Source of the DNA: Candidatus Falkowbacteria bacterium
GTDB lineage: Bacteria > Patescibacteriota > Patescibacteriia > Patescibacteriales > UBA12465
DNA length: 54,670 nucleotides
Direction of reading: 5' to 3'
Assembly (NCBI GenBank): GCA_009995495.1
Contig: JAACPL010000008.1
Coordinates: 1-54,670, forward strand
Shown: in pieces, positions 46,194 to 54,670 of the stretch
How the letters are laid out: each line of letters starts with the position of its first letter
Position numbering within the stretch: the first letter of the stretch is position 1
Notes under the pieces: model-generated
Databases searched by the model: none
What the model was told of the DNA's origin: nothing
The model's input: the letters and a program-made list of their open reading frames with translations, nothing else
Translations under genes and position numbers: made by a program

Positions 46194-46265
46194 GCTGAGA
46201 TGTAAAACAAGTTTTTTTGCTCCCGGACAAGCCAATGTCGCTTAAAAACTGTTTTACATCTCAGC
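46194..46265. repeat. 72-nt hairpin with perfect 16-bp arms
   Basis: GCTGAGATGTAAAACA (46194-46209) / TGTTTTACATCTCAGC (46250-46265), with inner GTTTTT/AAAAAC and GACA/TGTC stems. Confidence 0.85.
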
Positions 46266-46348
46266 CTAGCAGTCATTCTAAATCCTAAAAATCAGCACTA
46301 AATTTGGATGTTTATCACCAGAGACTATTTGTTTTCTTATGTCTCTTC

Positions 46349-47092
46349 CTACTTAATCTCATACATTAATGTAACCTCAACTTTAACTTCGTTTTGACCA
46401 GCTTCTATTCCTGGAGCCTCAATTCCAGCCCCTAAAACTTCATCCGTAACCATTTCTTTTCGAGCATTACTATAGTCATAAGCCATTACCGGCGAATAGG
46501 AATTTTCATAAACACTAACAATTTTTCCTAACTTCATTCCTGTTTGAGCGGCAATTAATTCTGCTTTTTCCTTAGCTTTTTCAATCGCTAACTCTCTAGC
46601 TTCATTTTTTAATTCATATTCATCATCTATTGTAAAACTAATACCACCAACTTGATTAGCTCCCTTTTCAGTTGTTTTGGCGATAATGTCACCAATTTTT
46701 TCTAAATCACGAATTTTTAAAGTAACACTTTGGTAAACTTCATAACCGCTTAATTTCTGACCGTCTTTTTCCGTCCAGTTATAAACTGGATTTAAGCTAT
46801 AAGAACCAGTTTTAATATCCTTAGCTTCAATTCCTAAATCTTTCAAAACAACTAAAATCTCATTCATTTGATCAGAATTTTCTTTAGTCGCTTCAGCCGC
46901 GGTTTTTTTAACTTCAGTTTTTAAACCAACATTCATATTAGCAATATCGGCCTTAGCATAAACTGTGCCCGAGCCATTAACGGAAAAACGATCCTCATTA
47001 CTACTCTTATTAGTCATCACGACCGCGACGATGGCAACGGCAGCTAAAACTAAAACGCCGAGTGTAATTAAGAAAACATGCGCTTTTTTCAT
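46349..47092 (-). CDS. SIMPL/DUF541 (BP26-like) membrane-anchored protein
   Basis: N-terminal TM, VNGSGTVYAKADIA, KDIKTGSYSLNPVY, GANQVGGISF, AREL..KAKEKAE. Confidence 0.88.
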   Translation of the reverse strand: MKKAHVFLITLGVLVLAAVAIVAVVMTNKSSNEDRFSVNGSGTVYAKADIANMNVGLKTEVKKTAAEATKENSDQMNEILVVLKDLGIEAKDIKTGSYSLNPVYNWTEKDGQKLSGYEVYQSVTLKIRDLEKIGDIIAKTTEKGANQVGGISFTIDDEYELKNEARELAIEKAKEKAELIAAQTGMKLGKIVSVYENSYSPVMAYDYSNARKEMVTDEVLGAGIEAPGIEAGQNEVKVEVTLMYEIK

Positions 47093-47147
47093 AGATTTAG
47101 ATTTATTTTTTATTTTATATAAATATATTTACATTATAACATATATT

Positions 47148-47177
47148 TAAACGCTTGGGGATTAAAAAGGTAACAGG
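47148..47177 (-). promoter_or_regulatory. Putative ECF-sigma promoter of the SIMPL gene
   Basis: Minus strand CC-TGTTAC-N16-CGTTTA, 55 nt upstream of the ATG; identical boxes and spacing to 30457-30486. Confidence 0.7.
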
Positions 47178-47202
47178 AAAAAGATAAGAACTATTAAAAA
47201 TT

Positions 47203-48432
47203 TTATTTAAAATCCTTGCCCTTAAAAGCCCTTTTCCTCCCAAAATTAGCAAATCGATGAGCCTCTTCCCTGGCTTTTAATAAAATTGGCTTTAAATTTT
47301 CTATTAATAATCGTTTCTCTTTTTTAGTGTCTTGAGAAAAAACAATTTTATCACCACCATATTTTGAGATACCAACGAAAGTTAAATTTATATTTTTTTG
47401 CTTCAAAGATCGAGTCAAAAACCCAATTTGCGGACTCCCGCCGTCAATTAAAATTAAACCCGGTCTAGCCCACTCCTTATGCTTTAAGCGCCGACTTAAA
47501 ACTTCTAATAAAGCTCTTTCATCATCCGCTTCTGGCGCTTCCTTAATTTTAAACAAACGATATTCGTTTTTATTTATCTCTCCATTTTCAAAAACAACCA
47601 TCGAGCCATAACTTTCTTTACCACTATGATGAGAAATATCGTAAGCCTCAAGACGAAAAGCCTGAGCTTCCTTTAAATCACTTTCTTTCCCCAACAGAGA
47701 CACATCTTGTAGATGTTTAAAAGCCTTTAATTGGTCGGGATTATCTTTAATTAATTTTCTAATTAAGATTTTTTTATTTCCGCTTAATAATAATCTGATA
47801 CTCTCAATATTTTTCCGATAATCTTTAGCTGATATTTTATTAACACAAGCTCCAGGACAAAGTCCAATTTGATAATCAAAACAAGCTTTACCCGAATTAA
47901 TCTGACAAAGACTATAAGGAAAAATGCGACGAATTAAACGAAGAGCACTTTGCAGTAAATAAAAAGATTGATATGGACCAAAAATATCGACCTTCTTACT
48001 CTTAAACTTACCTAAATCTCTACCTCTGATAATTAAAGGCTTAGCAAAATCTGTTTTTGCTAAAACTAAATAAATAAAAGAACGATCATCACGATCGCGC
48101 ACATTATATTTAGGCCAATATTTTTTAATATATTTAGACTCTAAAATTATTGCCTCTAAAAGATTATCACTTTCTTCAAATCTTAAATTAACTGAATTTT
48201 CTACCATCTCTGCGATTCTCGGCTCAATATTTTTTTGAAAATATTGTTTAAGACGGCTATTTAAACTCGTTGCCCGGCCAATATAGAGGATTTCCTGATT
48301 TTTTCCTAACCAAAAATAAACTCCAGGTTTTTTTGGTGCTAAATTAGCTTTTTCTTTCAATTGCTTTAATGAATTATAGCTTTTAATATTTTCTTTCCTC
48401 TTTTTTACCCTGATCTTTTTAATTATTGACAT
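47203..48432 (-). CDS. uvrC: UvrC excinuclease, shortened (GIY-YIG, Cys-rich and RNase H-like domains; no HhH)
   Basis: PGVYFW..LYIGRA, FGPY, C..C..CPGAC, RLEAYDISH, LILIDGG, EAHRFA then ends. Confidence 0.85.
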   Translation of the reverse strand: MSIIKKIRVKKRKENIKSYNSLKQLKEKANLAPKKPGVYFWLGKNQEILYIGRATSLNSRLKQYFQKNIEPRIAEMVENSVNLRFEESDNLLEAIILESKYIKKYWPKYNVRDRDDRSFIYLVLAKTDFAKPLIIRGRDLGKFKSKKVDIFGPYQSFYLLQSALRLIRRIFPYSLCQINSGKACFDYQIGLCPGACVNKISAKDYRKNIESIRLLLSGNKKILIRKLIKDNPDQLKAFKHLQDVSLLGKESDLKEAQAFRLEAYDISHHSGKESYGSMVVFENGEINKNEYRLFKIKEAPEADDERALLEVLSRRLKHKEWARPGLILIDGGSPQIGFLTRSLKQKNINLTFVGISKYGGDKIVFSQDTKKEKRLLIENLKPILLKAREEAHRFANFGRKRAFKGKDFK

Positions 48433-48531
48433 ATTTTAAAAAATACTATATAATTTTCTTGATTTGGTTTAGTTAGGATAGTTCTTTCAAGTGATAATTT
48501 TTTCATTTTCCTCCCACCTTTGAAGGAGCTA

Positions 48532-51084
48532 TTATGTATGCCGGGGCCGTTTAAACGCCCCGGTTTTTTCTTTTTTGAGATAACTTTTCAAATAAGTGCC
48601 AGTTAGACTTTCCTCATTTTTCGCCACTTCTTCCGGGGTTCCACTAGCAACGAGTCTTCCCCCTTTTTCTCCACCGCCCGGACCAAGATCAATTAAATAA
48701 TCCATTGACTTAAGCATATGCATATTATGCTCAATAACTAAAACTGAATTTCCTTTTTCTACTAATTTATTCAAAACTCCTAAGAGCATATCAATATCAT
48801 GATAGTGTAATCCTGTCGTTGGCTCATCTAAAAGATACAAGGTTCTCTTTCCTAAAGTATGAGTTAACTCTTTAGCAATTTTTATTCTCTGGGCTTCACC
48901 GCCGGATAAAGTCGTCGCGCTCTGGCCAATTTTAATATAGCCAAGACCGACTGATTGCAAAACTTTAAGCTTATCGGTAATAAAATAATTATCACCAAAA
49001 TAAATAATTGCTTCATCAATTGTCATATCTAAAACATCGGCAATGTTTTTTCCTTTATATTTAACTTGTAAAGTTTCTCGATTAAAACGCCGACCACGAC
49101 AAACTTCACATTCAACTAAAACCGCTGGTAAGAAATGCATCTCAATTAGGTTTGCTCCCGCCCCCTGACAAGCCTCACAACGTCCACCCGCTCGATTAAA
49201 GGAGAAGCGACCAATATTATAGCCTCGCTCCCGAGCTTCAGGTAAATTAGCAAAAAAATCACGAATTGGCGTAAAAATTCCGGTATAAGTTGCTGGGTTT
49301 GAACGCGGCGTTCTACCAATTGGCGATTGATTAATAACAATAATTTTATTAATGTATTCAGTTCCTTTAATTTCTTTAACATCTTCTAATTTTGCTCGAC
49401 CGCCGGGACGACTTTTTATATGTTGAATATTTTTATAAAGCACGTCATATAAAAAAGATGATTTTCCGCTTCCCGAAACCCCACTAACTCCAACTAAACG
49501 ACCGAGAGGAATTTCAACTCTAATATTTTTCAAATTATTTGCCTTAGCGCCAATGATTTTTAACTGACCATGACTTTGAGAACGACGTTTAAATGGTAAA
49601 GAAATATTTCTCTCGCCCTTTAAATATTGTAGCGTTAAAGATTTTGGAAATTTATCAGCCAAGGTACTATTTTTATTTAATAAAGTTTTTAAATCACCTT
49701 CGGCTACAACCTCGCCCCCATGAACTCCGGCTAAAGGACCAAGATCGACTAAATAGTCAGACGATTCAATTGTCCTTTCATCATGCTCAACAATAATAAC
49801 GGTATTATTTTTATCTCGCAGTTTTTTCAAGGTTTCAATTAATTTTTCCGTATCCCTCTCATGTAGACCAATAGTCGGCTCATCTAAAACATAAAGCGTC
49901 CTTGATAATTGAGAGCCGATTTGCGAAGAAAGACGAATTCTTTGCGCTTCACCGCCAGATAAACTATGAGACTCTCGATTAAGAGATAAATAATCAAGTC
50001 CAACTTTAAGTAAAAATTCTAAACGACTAACAATTTGTAAAACAACATTTTCGGCAATCGCCCGCTCTCTTTTTGTCATCTTTTCAAAATAATCATTGAA
50101 AAATTGGTAAGCCTTTTCAATCGGCAGGGCGGAGACCTCGGCAATATTTTTTTTCTGAATTTTGATAGACAACGCTTCTGGCTTTAATCTCGCCCCAGAA
50201 CAACTAAGACAAACATCGTCTTTAAAAAAACTAGCCTTACCTAAACCAGAACATTCCGGACAAGCGCCGTGAGGCGAATTAAAAGAAAAAAGTCGCGGTT
50301 CAATTTCTGGAAAAGAAAAATTATCATAAGGACAAGTCCAATTAGCTGAGAGTAAAAATTCTTGTTTAGAAAAAACTGCACTTAAAAGACCATTGCTATA
50401 TTCTAAAGAATTTTCAATCGCTTCAGCTAGACGCGTTTCGTCGCTTAATAAAACTTTATCAATTATAATTTCAATTTGATGTTTTTTCTTTGGCGCTAAA
50501 TTAATTTTATTTCTTAAACTCATTATCTCGCCATCAACTCTAGCCTCAGAATAACCAAGATTAAAATAATTATAAAGCAGTTGATAATATTCACCTTTAT
50601 GATCACGAACAACTGGACTTAAAATTTGCACATATTCTTCCCCCAGTTCTTCTCCTCTTGTTTTAATAATATCAAGCATCTCTTGTGAGCTTAACTTTTC
50701 AATCTTAGTGTTACAAAGCGGACAAAAAACCTCAGCAACTCTGGCATATAAGACGCGAAGATAATCATAAATATCAGTTAAGGTGCCGACAGTAGAGCGA
50801 GGGTTGTGGGATAAGGCTTTTTGGTCAATTGAAATTGAAGGCGCCAGGCCAATTATTTCTTCAACATCAGCCGGCTTTTTTTGACCTAAAAATTGGCGCA
50901 TATAAGGAGACAAAGATTCAACATATTGCCTTTGCCCCTCAGCAAAAATTGTATCAAAAGCCAAAGATGATTTACCGCTACCAGAAACACCCGTAATAAC
51001 AGTTAATTTATTATGGGGTATTTCTAGACTTATATCTTTTAAGTTGTGCATCCGTGCGTGGCGGATAATGAGTTTTTCGGACAT
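48532..51084 (-). CDS. uvrA: Excinuclease ABC subunit A
   Basis: Two ABC modules (GVSGSGKSS x2, LSGGEAQRI x2, LDEPT x2) and zinc fingers. Confidence 0.97.
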   Translation of the reverse strand: MSEKLIIRHARMHNLKDISLEIPHNKLTVITGVSGSGKSSLAFDTIFAEGQRQYVESLSPYMRQFLGQKKPADVEEIIGLAPSISIDQKALSHNPRSTVGTLTDIYDYLRVLYARVAEVFCPLCNTKIEKLSSQEMLDIIKTRGEELGEEYVQILSPVVRDHKGEYYQLLYNYFNLGYSEARVDGEIMSLRNKINLAPKKKHQIEIIIDKVLLSDETRLAEAIENSLEYSNGLLSAVFSKQEFLLSANWTCPYDNFSFPEIEPRLFSFNSPHGACPECSGLGKASFFKDDVCLSCSGARLKPEALSIKIQKKNIAEVSALPIEKAYQFFNDYFEKMTKRERAIAENVVLQIVSRLEFLLKVGLDYLSLNRESHSLSGGEAQRIRLSSQIGSQLSRTLYVLDEPTIGLHERDTEKLIETLKKLRDKNNTVIIVEHDERTIESSDYLVDLGPLAGVHGGEVVAEGDLKTLLNKNSTLADKFPKSLTLQYLKGERNISLPFKRRSQSHGQLKIIGAKANNLKNIRVEIPLGRLVGVSGVSGSGKSSFLYDVLYKNIQHIKSRPGGRAKLEDVKEIKGTEYINKIIVINQSPIGRTPRSNPATYTGIFTPIRDFFANLPEARERGYNIGRFSFNRAGGRCEACQGAGANLIEMHFLPAVLVECEVCRGRRFNRETLQVKYKGKNIADVLDMTIDEAIIYFGDNYFITDKLKVLQSVGLGYIKIGQSATTLSGGEAQRIKIAKELTHTLGKRTLYLLDEPTTGLHYHDIDMLLGVLNKLVEKGNSVLVIEHNMHMLKSMDYLIDLGPGGGEKGGRLVASGTPEEVAKNEESLTGTYLKSYLKKEKTGAFKRPRHT

Positions 51085-51149
51085 TTTTTTAAAATTTCTT
51101 AAATTTTTCTTTAGTTTTTAATTATATTATCTTTAGCAAAAAATAACAA

Positions 51150-51178
51150 TTGACAATAATTTATATATATGATATAAT
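51150..51178 (+). promoter_or_regulatory. Perfect consensus sigma70 promoter
   Basis: TTGACA-17 nt-TATAAT with TG extension. Confidence 0.85.
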
Positions 51179-51258
51179 ATACAGTTACGTAATACAATGT
51201 AACTAGAACAATTAGAACATTAATAAATAAAAAAGGAGGGCCGAAAGGCAGATAAATC

Positions 51259-52020
51259 ATGAAAAAAATAAAATTTATGTTTTTAACCTTGAGCTTTTTA
51301 ATAATTAGTTCGGTAGTAATAGGACAGGATAATCTCGCATTTTATAACGAGCAAGGCAAAAGCGGCCCGTTAAGCAAAATAGACGATACTCGACAAGAGT
51401 ATCATGAGGCTGAGTTTGCTTTTATTGTAATCGGTGAGGGAGTTTATCCTAGGATGTTATTTAATGGTTATTCCCTGTATAAATCAGGGTTTGGGGTTGT
51501 TGGCTTTAGCCATGTCGACAGGATCAGAATAAATGGATTCGCCGAGAAGGGTTACCCGCCAATTCAATCAGAATTAGCCATTTTTGTTTCTGCCGCTCTT
51601 ATGTATAATATTAGCTCATATAATAACAGCTATGTTTTCGGCGGATTAGGAAATTATTATGGAAAAAACTTTTGGGGGCCAATTGCTGGGATAAAAGTAG
51701 AAAATGAAAATTGGGATTTATTATTTATGGGTCAGCTTTGCTTAAAAAGTGATATGGATCAAATGCCAGAAGTAGATATTTCTTTTGATCCAAATAGTTG
51801 GTATAGAATAAAACTAATGAGGAGGTTTAACGAGAAACTATCATTTGGGCTTTACTCGGAAAGATTTTATTTAAGCGGCTGTATGATTGAATATGATGTT
51901 AACCCAAATACTGCCACTGAAATAAAGTTGATTGGTTATCTTGGCAGGGAGTTAGAATTCGGAGGCAACAGTAACAGTATCGGGCTATCATTGAAAATTT
52001 CTAACCTTAATAAAAAATAG
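51259..52020 (+). CDS. Secreted beta-strand-rich hypothetical protein
   Basis: Signal peptide MKKIKFMFLTLSFLIISSVVIGQ; own promoter, AAGGAGG site and terminator. Confidence 0.75.
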   Translation: MKKIKFMFLTLSFLIISSVVIGQDNLAFYNEQGKSGPLSKIDDTRQEYHEAEFAFIVIGEGVYPRMLFNGYSLYKSGFGVVGFSHVDRIRINGFAEKGYPPIQSELAIFVSAALMYNISSYNNSYVFGGLGNYYGKNFWGPIAGIKVENENWDLLFMGQLCLKSDMDQMPEVDISFDPNSWYRIKLMRRFNEKLSFGLYSERFYLSGCMIEYDVNPNTATEIKLIGYLGRELEFGGNSNSIGLSLKISNLNKK

Positions 52021-52034
52021 AAAGGTTAGAGCTT

Positions 52035-52066
52035 AAAAGGTCTTCAGTAAAATGAAGGCCTTTTTT
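52035..52066. terminator. Intrinsic terminator, probably bidirectional
   Basis: AAAAGGTCTTCA-GTAAAA-TGAAGGCCTTTTTT. Confidence 0.8.
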
Positions 52067-52070
52067 ATCA

Positions 52071-52160
52071 CCTAGAAACATCCAACATATCTTCAATTTT
52101 TTTATAAGTAGTTGTTGGGCTAATATTATATTTTTTATTATAAGCTAATTGTTTTTTTCT
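52071..52160. repeat. 90-bp perfect direct repeat, copy 1 (orphan uvrB 3' end)
   Basis: Identical base by base to 53816-53905; followed on the minus strand by TGA TAA. Confidence 0.97.
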
Positions 52161-52560
52161 TTAACCTCAACATATGGCTCGAGATATAGCCATTATCAAT
52201 AGTAATTTCTACATCATATAAGAGCCATAGCTCTCGACGACTTTCTTGAAAAGCTTTTCTTTTAGCTCCTAAATTTTCTAACAAAGAAACACCCTCAGAA
52301 AAATTATCTATTACAATTTGAATCTCTTTTTGATTTTCTATTTTATTTCCATCAACAACTTTTAGACTCATTGTAATTTTATCACCTTCGTCACGCACTC
52401 TTAACCAACCACCAGGAATATCGTGTCCGGTCGGTAATTCAAAAACAATACGCTTCATTAAAAATTCCGACTTAATCAAAAGAGCTCCGGCGTCTCTTAA
52501 ACGAGCCCTAATTTCTTCCTTATTAATATTAGCAAATGTTGCTTCGTATTATATTTTCAT
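52161..52560 (-). pseudogene. CYTH-domain (class IV adenylate cyclase-like) pseudogene
   Basis: MKI*YEATF with TAA at codon 4 in the ExE motif; WLRVRDEG..TMSLK; QESRRELW; -1 frameshift after ITID, where the other frame reads WLYLEPYVEV; cut off at the repeat. Confidence 0.85.
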
Positions 52561-52563
52561 ATA

Positions 52564-53805
52564 CTAAGCTTTATAGTCTTGATTATCATCTTCTTGATAA
52601 TGCCATTCGGGGTGATAGTAATTTTCATTATTATTTTCAGCAATTTCATTAAAAATAGCTTCAAAATATTCTGAATTAGTAGTACTAATGAATTGTCGTG
52701 ATCCAAATGAAAGTTTCCCCTGTTGATACAAATCCATTAATTTTAAATAATGTTCATTTGTAAATTTATCGCCATATTTTTTAATTCCTAAAATCTCCAT
52801 TTCCATTTCTAACTCTTGTTTACGGGCATAGCGCTCAGCAGCATCTCTAAAATAATTACCAAGATGCAACTTCATTGCTTCCCTCTCATCAGTATTTTCA
52901 ATATTCTTTAACAGCTGACTAAATTCTTCGTTTTCCCAATTTATAGGCAGGGATGACTGACTCATTAATCTTCCTGCTTTAGGAGAAATCTCTAGTCTAC
53001 CTCCTCCTCCGACCACTTTATGTCCCAATATTTCGTGCTCAGTTGAAAATTCTGCTTCAGTATAATTTTTATACAATTCGGTAGAAAAATTTTTTCCTAA
53101 AGATGAAAAATTAGGAGTCATTGATAAACTATAGGTTCCGTTCCTTAAATTTTTCAGACGAACACGCTGATGTTCCAATGCTTGTGTTTCATCAATATCA
53201 TATTCGACCATAAGTTTTTTCAAATAATCTTCACTGGCAATATGTTTGGCTATATCTTCAATTTTACTATCATAATAACGGTAAGCATCTTTATTTCTTT
53301 CAAAATTTTCCTCAGAAAACTCTAGTTCTCCAACTTTTTTTACATCTAAGCTAGGACTAATTAAATATTCTTCATACTCTTTTATCAGTTCTTCCTCCTC
53401 TTTTAATTCATCTTCGCTCGGTTCTCTAAAATCAGTTTTAGGGCCATCAAAATTTAAATAAATTCGATTCTTAACCGTATACAACATATTTTTAACTTCC
53501 TTAATATTTGCCTGAAGCTTTTTCTCTGGAGAAATTTGTTCCGCTCTTTTTATTTCACTAATATCTTGCTTGTCTGATAAATCATATAAATCAGGAGAAA
53601 GACGCTCCTCTTTAAATTTCTGAGTCAGCCTGTCATATTCATTCTTACGCGTATCTACTTCTACAGTATCTTTAACATTTTGCGCGCCAGCTTCTTGGTG
53701 CCCAGATATAACCCCGGCACCAATACCAATAGCCAACGTGCCAATTTTAGCCATCTTTTTAGCTTTCTCTTTACCTTTTTTTACAAACGATTCAAATTTA
53801 AACAT
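52564..53805 (-). CDS. Hypothetical exported protein with HExxGH zincin-like motif
   Basis: Signal-like IGTLAIGIGAGVISGHQEAGAQ, HEILGH, downstream ERYAR; likely start MFKF at 53805, just after the uvrB stop. Confidence 0.65.
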   Translation of the reverse strand: MFKFESFVKKGKEKAKKMAKIGTLAIGIGAGVISGHQEAGAQNVKDTVEVDTRKNEYDRLTQKFKEERLSPDLYDLSDKQDISEIKRAEQISPEKKLQANIKEVKNMLYTVKNRIYLNFDGPKTDFREPSEDELKEEEELIKEYEEYLISPSLDVKKVGELEFSEENFERNKDAYRYYDSKIEDIAKHIASEDYLKKLMVEYDIDETQALEHQRVRLKNLRNGTYSLSMTPNFSSLGKNFSTELYKNYTEAEFSTEHEILGHKVVGGGGRLEISPKAGRLMSQSSLPINWENEEFSQLLKNIENTDEREAMKLHLGNYFRDAAERYARKQELEMEMEILGIKKYGDKFTNEHYLKLMDLYQQGKLSFGSRQFISTTNSEYFEAIFNEIAENNNENYYHPEWHYQEDDNQDYKA

Positions 53806-53809
53806 ATTT

Positions 53810-54670
53810 TTATTTCCTAGAAACATCCAACATATCTTCAATTTTTTTATAAGTAGTTGTTGGGCTAATATTATATTTTTTATTATAAGCTAATTGTTTT
53901 TTTCTCCTTCTTTCAACTTCTTTCATCGCCCGACTCATAGAGCCAGTAATTTTATCGGCGTATAAAATAATTTTTCCTTTAACATTTCTCGCCGCTCGAC
54001 CCATTGTTTGCATCAATGATGTTTCGCTTCTTAAAAAACCCTCCCGATCTGCATCTAAAATTGCGACTAAAGTAACCTCAGGCAAATCAAGACCTTCGCG
54101 TAAAAGATTAACTCCGATTAAAACATCAAACTTCCCCTCACGAAAACTTTTTAAAATTTCTGTTCTTGCCAAAGTTTTAATATCACTATGTAAATAATTA
54201 GAACGGAAGCCTTGAGTATTTAAATAAGCATTTAAATCTTCTGCTTGCTTTTTCGTTAGAGTATTAATAATTGCCCGTTCACCAAGCTTAGCAATTTCTC
54301 TAATCTCTTCCATTACATCATTTATTTGGCTTCTGTTTTTTTCTCTTTCAAAAACCGGACGAATTTCAATTTCTGGATCGATTAAGCCGGTCGGACGAAT
54401 TACTTGTTCGGCTATTTTTTTAGAATTTTTTAATTCAAATTCACCGGGAGTAGCAGTAGTAAAAATAACTTGGGCAATTCTCTTTTCAAACTCAGAAAAT
54501 TTCAAGGGGCGATTGTCTAAAGCTGAGGGCAAGCGCCAACCATATTGAATCAAAGTTTTTTTTCTCGCCTGATCACCATTATACATTCCCCTAACCTGAG
54601 GCACGGCAATATGAGATTCATCAATAATAGTTAAAAAATCGGGCTCACCATTTTCTTTTTTTGGAAAATA
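53810..54670 (-). CDS. uvrB: Excinuclease ABC subunit B (5' part outside window)
   Basis: Frame open to the window edge: [47 protein letters not shown]. Confidence 0.97.
   Translation of the reverse strand, partial: YFPKKENGEPDFLTIIDESHIAVPQVRGMYNGDQARKKTLIQYGWRLPSALDNRPLKFSEFEKRIAQVIFTTATPGEFELKNSKKIAEQVIRPTGLIDPEIEIRPVFEREKNRSQINDVMEEIREIAKLGERAIINTLTKKQAEDLNAYLNTQGFRSNYLHSDIKTLARTEILKSFREGKFDVLIGVNLLREGLDLPEVTLVAILDADREGFLRSETSLMQTMGRAARNVKGKIILYADKITGSMSRAMKEVERRRKKQLAYNKKYNISPTTTYKKIEDMLDVSRK
53816..53905. repeat. 90-bp perfect direct repeat, copy 2 (within uvrB 3' end)
   Basis: Identical to 52071-52160. Confidence 0.97.

Noticed and set aside
997-49796. Overlapping ORFs in the track (997-1317, 7612-7974, 8260-8499, 8793-8981, 10651-10902, 10655-10876, 17330-17512, 18480-18683, 22285-22539, 24449-24673, 24762-25055, 36253-36474, 36711-36920, 38723-38917, 44356-44691, 44960-45406, 46965-47150, 49146-49382, 49593-49796)
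   Set aside because: Antisense or off-frame shadows of well-supported genes, with no motifs or expression signals
12706-53841. Long N-terminal extensions in track ORFs for pyrG, rsmI, tsaD, DEAD helicase, hydA and the 425-aa ORF
   Set aside because: They come from choosing the most upstream start; most overlap neighbouring genes, and downstream ATGs match family N-termini or operon spacing
52071-53905. Prophage, ICE or IS interpretation of the repeat-bounded segment
   Set aside because: No integrase, transposase, terminal inverted repeats or phage genes; 90 bp is far longer than a target-site duplication
1-54670. Alternative genetic code (TGA=Gly as in Gracilibacteria/SR1, or TAG recoding)
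   Set aside because: Conserved genes are full length under code 11; alr ends in TGA and several genes end in TAG at expected positions

Overview
AT-rich chromosomal segment of a small-genome bacterium. It is most likely Patescibacteria/CPR (Parcubacteria, Falkowbacteria-like), inferred from gene content, split rplK-rplA and rplJ-rplL loci, mostly SD-less starts and CPR-type hypotheticals; standard code 11. It is mainly housekeeping: ftsQ-like, alr, serS, dnaX, rpmA, pyrG, ctpA, metG, rsmI, secE-nusG-rplK-rplA, t6A genes, DEAD helicase, iscS/iscU, cca, ddl/murF, gap, rplJ-rplL and uvrABC. I found no rRNA, tRNA, CRISPR array, integrase or transposase. The standout points are: (1) a gap-hydB-hydA arrangement coupling GAPDH to a minimal, probably non-bifurcating NADH-dependent dimeric [FeFe]-hydrogenase, with no maturases in the window; (2) an identical bipartite motif CCTGTTACCT-N14-CGTTTA upstream of both an ECF sigma/anti-sigma pair and a distant SIMPL gene, which suggests an ECF regulon; (3) a TsaC-TsaE fusion; (4) a perfect 90-bp duplication of the uvrB 3' end bracketing 1.65 kb of cargo, including a decayed CYTH gene; (5) a streamlined UvrABC set with matched domain losses; (6) long intergenic hairpins sharing AGCG internal loops; (7) a strongly promoted beta-barrel-like ORFan. 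The ORF track missed a 57-aa ferredoxin and a 48-aa membrane peptide.
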